DNA of 17,311 nt from Anthoceros angustus (taxonomy: Eukaryota; Plantae; Anthocerotophyta), in NCBI GenBank assembly GCA_010909165.1, contig VJWM01000404.1, positions 1 to 17,311 of the forward strand. The letters are read 5' to 3'. Of this stretch, positions 1 through 10,849 are shown in pieces (the first letter of the stretch is position 1; each line of letters starts with the position of its first letter). The notes below the pieces were generated by a model. The model was not told the origin of the DNA. It searched no databases and saw only the letters and a list, made by a program, of their open reading frames with translations. The position numbers and the translations under genes are program-made.

Positions 1-102
1 GCATCAGACAAAACAGAACCACCAATATTTTCCGTGAGAAAGCTGTGCAGACGTATACACCTATACTCATGTGCCAAACTTGCCTTAAGAGACGATACAT
101 AC

Positions 103-2869
103 CTCTGAACTGCTGGCCAAAATGTTTGTCTGACTACCTTGCTCAGCTTCCATGACTCCTCCTGTAACACAACGCAACAATGCATTTCTCAACGAAGGCG
201 TGGGGTGTGGACGACCTGCATCTCTGCCACAGCCACATGATCGAAAATTAAGAACAATTGACAAACCTAGCCTGGAAAACCTAGAGACTGTGCCTGTATA
301 AGTTTTCAAGGGTTTCCATCAATGTTTTTCTTCTAGTTCCACATAAGCGCCCATATGTGGTTCAAAACAAGATGATATAACGCCGCTGAAATCAAATTGT
401 GTCGCAACCTGGAATTCCAGGAAGCACAAGGTTCATAATGAGAGATAAGTACTACATCCTCAATGTACCCATGGAACAAAGGAAAGGAAGGCAGAAAAGA
501 TATCATGCTGCACATACAGCCATAGCCAACCCTGCACTGCCTTCCTCTTCGGGTCTTGGGAAACTCGTCTCTGAAGATAACAAAATAAAAGTTGGGCAGG
601 TTATCAAATCTTGCGAGAGTTTTAAGCACCCAAGCTTTCCAGACCTACAGAAGGCAAAGCACTCAACATGATACACTGTAAACCTAATAGGGTGTAGTAA
701 AGGCTTGACCTTTGCTGCAAGCTCCAGCTCATACTTTTCCTGATTGCTGAAGCACTTTGAGCATCCACAACTTCATCATCCGATCCATCAGAGCCATCAT
801 CACTCCAGTTTTCGCCCTTGGACCACCGAAACCTTCCACAAGGTCTTGCTCAAATTCAATGGTTCTCTGTAGAGCCTGCAAAAGTAGCCCATCACACTGT
901 CAAACAAAACAAAGCCCCATCAAGAACTCTGGTTCTTAGTTACTAACCATTATTCGGCAAACAAAAGATCCAACCCTATCCAGATTGATAGAATAACCAT
1001 AAGCTGAGGGACATGAACTTGTTTTTTTTCTGTGATTATGCAAAACTAGTGCACCTGAAGCAAGGTTGCCACATCTGGCTTTTCAACACCAGCATCCAAG
1101 ATCTCCATTAGATTTGCTCTGTAGCAGAGAACACAACGTCAAGACTACCAAAAGCCAGATTGCCTTCATGTGTAGAATTCATGGTGAATCGGACATACCA
1201 GATGAGGAAAGCAGTTTCTGAGACTGTAGTGAGGGAATTACACGATATAACAGAATGGTTGACGACAGGGCAATATGCACACCTGGTTAGTTTGCAGAAC
1301 TGCATGCAAAGCAGATATGTCACGCGCCATGCTGGTGGAAAAATCTGCCAGACTTCTTGATTGTCACGTAACTTGCGCTTTAGCCAGGCATATCGACGTT
1401 CAGCCTTGTCGAGTCTTGCCACCTCTGGTCAGAGGTCAAGGGGAATAATGACATAGAAATACTTCAGTAAACACAATGACAGCGTAGTTAGCTGTAAGTT
1501 CACAACGGCCCACTTACCTGTCCCTTGGAATATCTGCTGATAAGCAATTAATTCTTTGGTACATATATTCCTGATTTCTTCTCGTGTTGCAGTATCCAAA
1601 GAATCGACAACCAAGCACGCATCCTTCAGTTGTTTCATCAACTGAGGATCATCTTCAGTCCTGCTGTTCCCAAACTGCAGTACATAACGTCGTGTCAACC
1701 CAGCCTCATAATAGAATCACGAGCAAGGACGTGACGCTGTGTTGTGAGGGACATCAGTGAAGCTCATACTAAGAAAACTCGGCAGAGACACTCGACTTCA
1801 GGGCTGCCTTGCTGAGCTTATACTTTTCTTTCAATTCGTTGATTTTTGGTATGTCCTTGTAAGCGTCGAAATGGCTGCAGAGCTGGTTGACTGCCTGCAA
1901 AAAAAGACCAGATGCTATGAAGACAAGGAACCGTGAACAATGTAGGAGAGGCAGACAGAAAGGACCATGGCCAACTGTCTGACCTAAAGCGCAAGCTTTT
2001 CAGACTCATGAGAGCTACAACCTCCAACTGGCCTGCTGCCTCCTTGTATTGACGCTTGGGCACCATCTCTTGCAGCTGTTCCACAGCTGCGACTGCATTG
2101 AGAAGGACACAGGTTCAAGACAGTTGCAGAAATGAAGTAAGAGTACACCTATAGGGATTCAACAACGTGCTTAACTGAGCATTGCAAGCCGATGTAGGGC
2201 CGTGATTGTGGTTGTAATATGTTTCTTAGCAGAGTCCAGCTTTTTGTCCCGACACAGATCCTGGACCAGTACTTCGCTCTCATCAGCTTTGGTCCTGAAT
2301 GATCTTCTGGGACAGCTCCTGCCATGGTGTTCAGTCAATCAGCTTTCCAAGCCATACCACGCACTATCCGACACTCCAGAATCCTCATGGCCAAACGAAA
2401 CGGTAACAAATATACCTGAATGGCATCGGTTGCCAACGCAAGATCCTCCTTCGCCTTCGTTCCTGAAGTACTTGGTCACCCATCGTCAAAGCTCAGTGAC
2501 CAATATCATGGCAGTGCAGACCTTCTGGTTGGGTTACATTTCTACAATTGCACTTGGTGAATTCATGCCATGCTCCTAACCTGCTGTCGTACAGCCACAA
2601 GCATCTCTGCATCTATACGCCTTACCTCTGTCGAAGCTTCAATAACAGAGGCTCCACTGCAACCAAAGATGCTTCTGCAGCCCGCATTCAATGAAAAGTC
2701 AACACAAAACCTCTCCATCAGCGTGGACTGCGCTTCCCAAACCCACTGCGCCAGAGGGCAAGAACCCACCATCAGGGAACATGCTGTTGATGAATTCAAG
2801 AGTGGAGGGCGGCCAGCCAGGTGGCTAAACTCTGGCTTGAGCCAAAGCAGGAGCTGCAGACTCCGTCAT
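103..2869 (-). CDS. VPS53: Vacuolar protein sorting 53 (GARP subunit, HIT1 homologue); multi-exon, 3' part continues off the left edge; many frameshifts
   Basis: Minus-strand exons with splice sites: ~2869-2770 (..STLEFINSMFPD), 2674-2581 (EASLVAVEPLLLKL/EVRRIDAEMLVAVRQQ), 2472-2416 (STSGTKAKEDLALATDAIQ), 2318-2176, 2092-2022 (AAVEQLQEMVPKRQYKEAAGQLE), 1894-1770 (AVNQLCSHFDAYKDIPKINELKEK), 1674-1518, 1424-1283 (ARLDKAERRYAWLKRKLRDNQEVWQIFP), 1118-1055, 875-709 (ALQRTIEFEQDL), 570-518 (uncertain), 408-294 (GVISSCFEPHMGAYVELEEK), 161-103. These match Arabidopsis VPS53 collinearly as I recall it. The start is uncertain: ATG at 2869 has an in-frame TAG at 2827-2825. Confidence 0.95.
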
Positions 2870-3280
2870 TTAGGACAACCAGCTCTCGCAATATCACCAG
2901 GCAGATGTGATCTTGGAGTGTTTAATAAAACGTGTCTGGCACCATGTCCAGGTTCTCAAGAGACAGCCTTCTACTGCGATCAAGAAACTGCTCTGCTTAT
3001 CTAGTCTTCTTGGAATATCGTGCAATGCCATCCAACGTTCTCTCCAGGAGTTCCTCGAATCACAAAGGATGCGTGAAAGACGGACACCGTGCTAAATGCC
3101 ACGATAATGCATCCTCGTGCAAAACATCACACCCACTCTAGCCACACCAACACCAACACATCACCAACTCGCAAGAATTTACAGTTTGAATTTCTGTACT
3201 CAGGATGCCGCATCGGCAATTCCGAGACATTTCAACGCAATCGCGCAATCCACATGGACAAATCAAGGTAAGAGGTAGCC

Positions 3281-3597
3281 ATGAGTGGCAGCGACGGTGA
3301 TCACACCATCACCTGGCCATGGAGCAACAAACTTGCGTACTGCCTAGTAGCTGCTGTGCTTGTGCTCGGCTCTCTAGCAGCCATGGCATCTACGATTACA
3401 ACCTTCCTTTCCTTTCAGTCGCCTTATTCTCGTCGGAGGCCCGGATGCCGGAAGAAGCATTGCTGGCTTCCCCAGTCTCGAGCCGAGCCCCGGACAGCCA
3501 GTTGCATACAGTCTTGATCCGACAGGGCTTGAATCCTGTGCAACTGGAAGCTGGCACAGCCACACTTTCTCAGAAGAGCAGGAATGGCGGAAGCTGA
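3281..3597 (+). CDS. Possible small hydrophobic (membrane or secreted) protein, unverified
   Basis: ORF 3281-3517 has LAYCLVAAVLVLGSLAAMASTITTFL. One extra T in the TTT at 3408-3410 joins it to ORF 3319-3597 (FLSVALFSSEARMPEEALL...NGGS*). No family recognised. Confidence 0.25.
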
Positions 3598-3684
3598 CGC
3601 TTGCTCTTGCTTCCTCTTCCTCCTTGCTTCCCTTCACTTCTTCTCTTCACTTCTCGTCACTTCAATTCAAGAACGCCTTCATCT

Positions 3685-3913
3685 TTAGAGCTCATGGTCG
3701 TGCCAGCAGAGAAGCATGGTGACGCATCGGCGGATGATGTAAAACCGCGCCCTTTGCTGCCTCACGATGGCAAAGCACCTGTTCATGGGAGGCTGACAGG
3801 GGCCGCCCGGCGCTGTCCTCGGCCCCGTCGAAGAGCGCGCTGGAGGTCCCGCCCATCCTACTCACTTTCATCTTGGATTTCCGCCGCTTGTCCGTGGAGA
3901 AGCACTGCCCCAT
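3685..3913 (-). CDS. DEVIL/ROTUNDIFOLIA-like (DVL/RTFL) small peptide, ~77 aa after one frameshift repair, or 33 aa from the internal ATG at 3786
   Basis: 3786-3685 reads [33 protein letters not shown], the RTF domain signature (QRARxYIxRRCxxMLxCWHD). ATG 3913 opens [14 protein letters not shown]..., one frame away. Adding two Gs to the GGG run near 3810 joins them as ...[15 protein letters not shown]. Confidence 0.9.
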
Positions 3914-4060
3914 GCTGAGAACCAACACCAAGAACGCCTAGCGGGCCAGGAGAAAGAAAAGGAAAGGAGACCAAGTCTCTCGAAGCCAAGGACAAGCCTG
4001 GAGGCCCTTGCAGTGCAGGGGAGACAGGGAGGCAGAGATGCCGGCAATGCAGGAGGCGAT

Positions 4061-4241
4061 GGATGGGGATGGGATGGAGATGGGGATGGAGTGGGAGCTG
4101 AAATAGGCGCAGGGGGAGCGGGGGCAAATCCAATCGCCTTGGGATGCGGCACAGGGCCGACGATGAGAGAGTGGGAAGGAGGGACATGGGGAGGTCGAGA
4201 ACGGAGAGAGGCAAGGCAGGGCAACGCATCGCATCGCATCG
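4061..4241. repeat. Low-complexity (GATGG)-like and (GCATC)3 repeats upstream of the DVL ORF
   Basis: GGATGGGGATGGGATGGAGATGGGGATGGAG at ~4061-4091 and GCATCGCATCGCATC at ~4226-4240; pyrimidine-rich on the DVL sense strand. Confidence 0.55.
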
Positions 4242-4868
4242 GGCTGATGCACAAAGGCCATCAGAGCGCAGCCACAATCAGCATGTGGGAGACGGGGCTC
4301 GTTGGACGGGCCTGGACCATATGCGTGCTTGTACGACACCAGGGACATTCACGACTGCACTCAACGGACCCACTTCCACTTGGGGATGGAATGAAGAGCA
4401 AGGGAGAGTGTGTACGTAGGGTTCCCTGACTCAGCAACAGCTCTAGGATCACGATCGAACCGGAGGCAGGGCCCAGCTGAATATCACCTGCTGCGATTCT
4501 CCATGTCCTGTTGCTGACAATTAGACAGAAAGTGCGGCCTGGAGGGGCCCAGATCCAGACCCTGGCGTCACGGATTCCTCACCTCCAGTCTGCCATGGCC
4601 GTGTGGCTCCTTTAGGTGGCTTGGCCTTTGGCTGTGTACTGGAGTTCACGTTTGTTGGGGCGATGAGTAGTTGGGGATCTGGACCAGATTGCAACAAGAC
4701 CAGCAGACTGCGGCAGCCTGTGGTATGGTAATTGGAGGAGAATTACATGAAGGTGAAGGAGTCTGAGACTTTGCCCAACCCGCCAGAATGGCAGCCTTTT
4801 AGAAGGAAGAATTATGTCCACCGACAAGAATGGGATTGATGGTGTTGTGCTCGCAACAGCGGCTTTGC

Positions 4869-7553
4869 TTACGCGGATAGCCAAGGGAACACATCAGGGG
4901 ACGCGGGGAGGCGGGCGGTTAGGACCTCACAGCCTGTATCTGTCACCTGCCAGAACCCAGCCATGGTGTGAGTTGGGCTAGCTATGCTGGAAGGAATGAG
5001 GCAACGTGGATGGTGGACTCACCAGAAGGGTATGCTCAAACTGGGCACTGCGCTTCCCATCGGTCGTCACAGCAGTCCAGCCGTCTGGCCACATCCGATC
5101 GCGCCAAACCCTGCAGCGTGATTCCCCGGTTTGTCTTGTCAAGAATGGCAGGCTTACTTGAGAGCAGGCCTATTAGACAACAACACTGTGAGGCATCTCA
5201 CCTGCGTTGATCATGGGTTCGATGGTGAAAGTTTGCCCAGCCTTCATCACACCAACAGCCTTGTTTCGTGAATAATGGGGAATATTGGGAGCACAGTGGA
5301 AGAGCTCGCCTATGCCATGCCCGCAATACGATTTTACCTGAACAAGGCCAAAAACGGATATGTAAACTTTAGCATCAGCAGGCAAAAGCATTCTGCAGGT
5401 GGTGTCATTCCCATGCCACTCAATCGCAAGAGGGCAAGTTCAGTCTTACCACCGAAAACCCAGCCAAACTTGCATGTCTTTGTATTACTTCACCAACTTC
5501 ACGGTATCTCACCCTGGCTTCACTGGTATAACAGCATTGAACGATTGTATCAACAACACGATTGCAATTTGCCGCCTATAACCCTTCCTGCAAGGGATTA
5601 GGGACCAGCTAGCTACGTACCAATGGCAATAGCCCTATCCAAGCACTCGTAGGTACACTGCACAAGGTTCCTGGATGCCTCATCCACATTCCCGACGAAG
5701 AACGTTTCATTAAGGTCTCCTGAACGGTCAGGAAATGAAAGTGATGCCGTAAGATAAGCAGCATGGAGTTCAAAGACAAAGAGAGCTTGAGACTGACTTG
5801 AAAGTAAATAACTTGGTATTGAAAGGAACAGATTTAGGGTATTACCATGATAGCCATTCATGTACACAGTAACATCCACATTCACGATATCACCGTCTTC
5901 CAGTCGCCTGATGATAGAAGGACAAGGTTAAGCAACTGCCGAAGGAAAAGACCTCTACATCCATGTCTCAGCTGGAAAAGTTGCCAAAGATACATTCGAT
6001 ACCTTGCATCAGGGATGCCATGGCAGATAACTTCATTCACTGATCTGCACAAAGGATTTAGACAAGAGCTATCAATTGCAAGAATTGGAGCTAGATTTGT
6101 AAAGGCAACCAACACAAGAATTCCAACGGCAACACCGAACTAACAACACACAATACCTCAGAGGCTGAAATGTAAAGACAGGAATACATACGTGCATGAC
6201 TTAGGGAAAAGTGATAGTTCAGAGGAGATGGGTATCCACCTGGACATCGCAAACAGATATCATCAGACTTCATCCTTAAAACTTATCGACTTCTCATACT
6301 CATAATTCTAGTGTCCACTTTACCTGCTGCAATAGTAGCCTCGTGAACAATCTCATCAATTTCATCAGTTGTAATCCCTGGCCTGATGGCCTCGCATGCT
6401 GCATCCAATACCTCACGAGCAACCTTGCAAAGCGAAAGAACTGCTAAGTTCTTTTGCAGTCCTTTAAACATCTCCAAAACGTGCACAAATGAGCTGCTGT
6501 ACCCGTGAAGTTTTCCGCATCTTCTCAATTTGCTCAGGCGTTTTAATCTTCGCAAGCAGCAAGCACAAGAGCAGAATGTCAAACTCCAACCAAACATGTG
6601 CTAACCAGTTGACAGAAAAGCTAAGCATCCCATATACCTCCACACTATTTTGCCACTCACTATCCAGCTCAGCTTTTGGCCTTCCCTGCAGTTTGGAGGA
6701 AATATAGTGAGAACTTTCAGCAAGACTGACAAAAACAACTGAAAATTTGGAAGCGACCACAGACACTGCAGAAAAAATGTGCCATCGCTTGTAAAACCCA
6801 CAGTGGAGGCCCAGTCTGGTCGAAGAATTTTCTCTGGTACAAGACGCCTTGGAGAAATAGGGTACGGCCGTAAAGGGCTGTCATCAAAGAGCAATGGACG
6901 TGAATACACTGCACTCCCACCAAAATGAAATTTAAGAGTACACCGAATTCTGCTTTACACACTCACCCAGTGTAATCGTAAAAGGTAGCTGGCCTGTGAG
7001 TTTGGCCTTTGCGCAGCAATACATCCAACCCTTGCTAGGGCTTGTGTCACCTGATCCTCAGGACTTGAGGCCCATGGCGCTTGCTGCTTGGCCTCAGCAT
7101 GAACACTTTATGTGAGCTCCATGCATCCTTGAAACAGGCCTGTGAGCTAACAGAGTCCCAGAGCACGAGCATTGAGTGAAAGGTACAACAATACACATGA
7201 GCACGACAGTCGCAAAAACATTTTCAAAGAGGGTCTAGCACGGAAGAAATTCAAGCATTTCAATTACCAAAAAGCAGCATTCACACGAGGCAACTTCAGC
7301 TCCACGCACTTTGGGCATCTGAAAAACAGAGAAACGAATTTCAGAACCACTTCTCACGCAACGTCTATACTACATGAAGCAATTCACGGATTCCTGCCCC
7401 TAGCAGCAGCGAATCAGGCATTCACTGTCCCACAACGGGCATCATCCAGGAAACTTACTGCAAATTAGCGACTTTGCTGCAACGAACACATGCCAGCTTT
7501 GACTCATTGCTGACAGAGGAACTGTCCATGTCCACTTTGCTCTCCTCTCCCAT
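4869..7553 (-). CDS. MAP1A: Cytosolic methionine aminopeptidase 1 with N-terminal zinc finger; 14 coding exons; several frameshifts
   Basis: Exons 7553-7459 ([18 protein letters not shown]), 7318-7268 ([17 protein letters not shown]), 7146-6967, 6877-6802 ([25 protein letters not shown]), 6685-6638, 6547-6503 ([15 protein letters not shown]), 6423-6324 ([26 protein letters not shown]), 6239-6192 ([10 protein letters not shown]), 6044-6003 ([14 protein letters not shown]), 5907-5846 ([15 protein letters not shown]), 5719-5621 (DLNETFFVG), 5522-5450, 5337-5202 ([22 protein letters not shown]), 5110-5023 ([23 protein letters not shown]), 4946-4869 ([25 protein letters not shown]). The metal-ligand motifs of type I MetAP are present. 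Confidence 0.97.
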
Positions 7554-7671
7554 TATGGTATCAACTTCGCGTGCTATGTCACGAACCACCACCATGACGT
7601 AGACGCAAAAGCCTGAAGCACATCATGGAGCACATCATGACATGATCAGGATCATTGAAACTTAGGGTTTC

Positions 7672-7680
7672 CAAAGCGTA
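7672..7680 (-). promoter_or_regulatory. Telo-box (AAACCCTAA) upstream of the MAP1A start
   Basis: TTAGGGTTT at 7672-7680, ~120 bp upstream of the MAP1A ATG. Telo-boxes are known in the 5' regions of plant translation-machinery genes. The motif is short and could be chance. Confidence 0.4.
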
Positions 7681-8110
7681 CAACCACCCAGCTCAAACAA
7701 CTCCGCAGTCATCCCCACCATAACCTGCCAAGCGATCAACAGTCGCTGGGAATCACGGCCCGCAAGCAACTTACTCAATCGGCTCCACGGAAGCAAGCTC
7801 CACAGCGCAAACACGATATCGATCCCCAACACCAGCTCATCAACCTAATAGATTGCATGCCATCCATCCTCCACAACCAACGTCCCGTTACGCAGATTCC
7901 GTCCCAGACAAGCATCCGGAGTCCCACTCGGGAACCAATTTCCCAGAAGCTTCCTCCTAAATAAATGTTGGCGTCACTAGTAAAGTCTCTGGTTAAAGTC
8001 TCCCGTACCAGGTGTCGGTGAAAACAAAGGCCTCATACACGTAGAAGCCCACAAAATTTACTGAATCCACCCTCTCCCCGCCTGGCCTGATTGTGCTTCC
8101 GGCATGAACT

Positions 8111-8207
8111 GCCGAGAATTTGGCTGGTGCTGAGGATTTGTTGCCAAGAATTTGACAGGTGCTGAGGATTTGTTGCCGAGAATTTTTTGGGTGATCACGG
8201 ATTTGTC
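8111..8207 (+). repeat. Three tandem copies of a 32-33 bp unit upstream of the NAR1 ATG
   Basis: GCCGAGAATTTGGCTGGTGCTGAGGATTTGTT (8111-8142), GCCAAGAATTTGACAGGTGCTGAGGATTTGTT (8143-8174), GCCGAGAATTTTTTGGGTGATCACGGATTTGTC (8175-8207). Confidence 0.85.
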
Positions 8208-8243
8208 GCCAGACCAGGGCCTGGAGGGGTTCGAATCTTAGAT

Positions 8244-10679
8244 ATGAGTGGGAAGTTGTCTGCGGCGTTGAAGCTAGGAGACTTGAACGACTACATTGCC
8301 CCGTCGCAAGCATGCGTCGTGTCGTTGAACTCCCGGCTCAAGAATCCCACCGAGGTAACATTCCGCCTCCGTTTCGCCTTATTTCGGTTTGTGGGTTTAC
8401 TTTCTGAGGCTGTGTTTCATGCCCATGAGGATGGTGCTGACTGGAGGAAGATGTGCCTGTCAATTGGTGATGAGCAGAATGGGCATTTGCAAAAGCCACC
8501 CCGGCCTCTGGAATTTGAGCAGGCTGAAGCATCCGAGCCTGTGAAAGTCACACTGCACGACTGCCTAGCTTGCAGGTACTTTGGGCGGTGGATGGGATGG
8601 ATGGATGGATGTCGTAAGGCAGCCGGCTTTGCTCGACTGAGTCATGTTCTTGTGCAGTGGCTGTATAACATCAGCGGAGACTGTGATGCTTGAGCAGCAA
8701 AGTGTGGATGAGTTTGTGAACCAGCTGGAGAGCAAGGGAAGACCGTGGTTGTGTCTTTGTCTCCACAGTCACGGGCATCATTGGCAGCTTATTTCGACCT
8801 AACGCCACTGGCGTAATGTCTCATGTAGATGGCAGGTTCAGGTAGCAGAGCAGACCTGTTGGTAGTATGGAGTTGTTGACTTTTGATCTGTTGTTGCAGG
8901 CTTTCCAGAGAATCACAGGGTTTCTGAAGTCGTTGGGGGTTAAAGCTGTGTTTGATACGAGTTTCAGTCGAGATCTGTCTTTGATTGAAGTGTGTGAAGA
9001 ATTTGTCACCCGTTACAAGAGCTTGGGAAATGCTGAGGGCCAAGATGCAGCTACCCGGTCCTTTCCCATCCTTGCCTCCGCATGTCCAGGTCTGTGCTGA
9101 CTATTTTGTTTGGCTAAATCAGCTTTCCTTCCTTGCGGTTTGTTAGTTTGCATCTGCAAACAGGTTTCGAGATTAGAACCTTGAAGAAACACAACCTGAG
9201 AGGTTGTTGTCTCTGTGTTGATTTTTTTGCTTTTCCTTGCAGGATGGATTTGCTACGCAGAAAACTCACGGCTCAGAGATTGTGCCGTACATAAGCACAG
9301 TGAAGAGTCCACAGCAGGTTATGGGTGCGATAATCAAGGCCCACGCGTGCACACACTGGGCCTCAAGTAAGGCTTGCCTCCTCAGGGAGCCGTTTGTGGA
9401 TGTTTCAACCGTTGAAGCCTGTTGTAGAAGCTTTCATGGCTAGTTAGTAAGTCCTCTGAATGTTCACAGGCCAGAAGATGTCTATCATGTCACTGTGATG
9501 CCGTGTTATGACAAAAATTGGAGGCTTCGCGACGACTTCATCTTCTCCATCGAATCTAGAAGGGGAAACTGGTACTGCAGCAGCTGGCCCACTCATGACC
9601 GAGGTGGACTGTGTCTTAACTCTGGGGAGATCTTGGACTTGTTCAAGGTGATCGACTCCTCCCAATCGCAATGACCAGAGTTCGTGTATGCATTTTGTTA
9701 TTGATATAGCCTGCAGTCTTTTAAAATGGAGCTTCTCATGGACAGGCAAGAAATGTGGACTTTTCGTTGTTGGAGGAGGTTCCCATCGACAAGATGTATG
9801 TTTACCCCTTACAATGCCTCGTATGGTTGGTGCACAATTTGCTTGTGCTGCAAAATGACATAGGTAAATGATGTCAGTGGGTGTCCTGAGCAGGCTGAGC
9901 AATGTGGATGAACATGGCCACTTGTATGGAGTTCCGGTGGATCTGGTAGCTACGCAGACACTATATTCCGCTATGCAGCTCGAGTCCTCAGAAAGAATTA
10001 CCTGGCCCTTTGGAGTACAAACGCTTCGCAACGCTGATTTTCGAGAGATCAGCCTCGAGGTATGCTATCTGCCGTTCGCTCATCCACTGAACCCTCTATC
10101 CCTGTGTAACGTTTATGGTCTAGTTTCAACAATGTTATGTCTGCAATGCTCTCAGGTGGATGGAAAAACAGTGCTGAGATTCGCTTGTGCGTATGGTTTC
10201 CGCAACATCCAGAACTTGGTTCGAAAGATCAAGACGGGGAAGTGTGAATACCAATTTGTGGAGATCATGGCTTGTCCTTCAGGTGTGGGTCTTCCTGGGA
10301 GCATGTGAGTGCTACTTGGCTTCAAAGTCGCCTTCTTATGCTTCCTTTTCACTTTGGACGTTACAGGTTGCTTGAACGGGGTGGGCAAATCAAGGCAAAG
10401 AAGGCCAGTCGTTCAAGGATGTGATTCAGAATCTTGAGAGCGCCTACCTGAAAGAGGTATGCTAGTCAGCGCCATTGAAACATAATCTGTACTGGAGGGT
10501 CTTCCGTGATGTCATTTGAACGTCATGTCCTGCAGGTTGAGTCGAGAGACCCTTTTGACAATCTGGTCGCTAGAGGCCTGTATGATCAGTGGCTATTACC
10601 CTGGGTCCCCAGAGCGCTCCAAATCCCACCAGTTACCATCAACGAGAGAAGAGTGTGGCCGCAGTTAAGCAACTGGTGA
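8244..10679 (+). CDS. NAR1: NAR1/GOLLUM, [FeFe]-hydrogenase-like cytosolic iron-sulfur assembly factor; 11 exons; many frameshifts
   Basis: Exons 8244-8354 ([28 protein letters not shown]), ~8478-8575 ([13 protein letters not shown]), 8658-8812 ([30 protein letters not shown]), 8900-9089 ([22 protein letters not shown]), 9243-9366 ([14 protein letters not shown]), 9470-9647 ([17 protein letters not shown]), 9746-9795, 9894-10059, 10156-10282 ([24 protein letters not shown]), 10367-10456 (CLNG), 10536-10679 (..QLSNW*). The Cys motifs and terminal NW match Nar1/IOP1. Confidence 0.97.
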
Positions 10680-10849
10680 AGTGGGTCACATCAACTTGTG
10701 CCCAACTCTGAGAACTGTCCTCAACAGTACAGGGCGAGACCTGCACAGCACACGTGAAGTGAACCCCACGGAACCTGACAGAGAGCAAGCAGCAGAGGTC
10801 TGTTCAGCACTCAGCTCCTTCCTCGAATCCTTGCCTCTTGGAAATTGTT

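Noticed and set aside
2825-2827. In-frame TAG in VPS53 exon 1 as stop readthrough or U-to-C editing
   Set aside because: Three single-base restorations give an open reading (ARGLATLAGRP), consistent with the window-wide deletion pattern. Such editing is known from organelles, not nuclear genes.
3254-3267. MDKS on the plus strand resembles the Arabidopsis VPS53 N-terminus (MDKSS)
   Set aside because: Wrong strand for VPS53, whose own first exon (TLEFINSMFP) is on the minus strand at ~2800. A four-residue match is expected by chance.
3858-4452. Cluster of long overlapping ORFs on both strands
   Set aside because: GC-rich low-complexity sequence that lacks stops; the translations are Pro/Gly/Leu-biased with no recognisable motif.
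7600-7670. TGATG/CTGA-like words suggesting a C/D-box snoRNA near the telo-box
   Set aside because: No correctly ordered and spaced C and D boxes or terminal stem.
8111-8207. Repeat as a CRISPR-like array
   Set aside because: The units are directly tandem with no unique spacers, and the context is eukaryotic.
8590-8611. (GGAT)n microsatellite in NAR1 intron 2
   Set aside because: Ordinary short intronic repeat.
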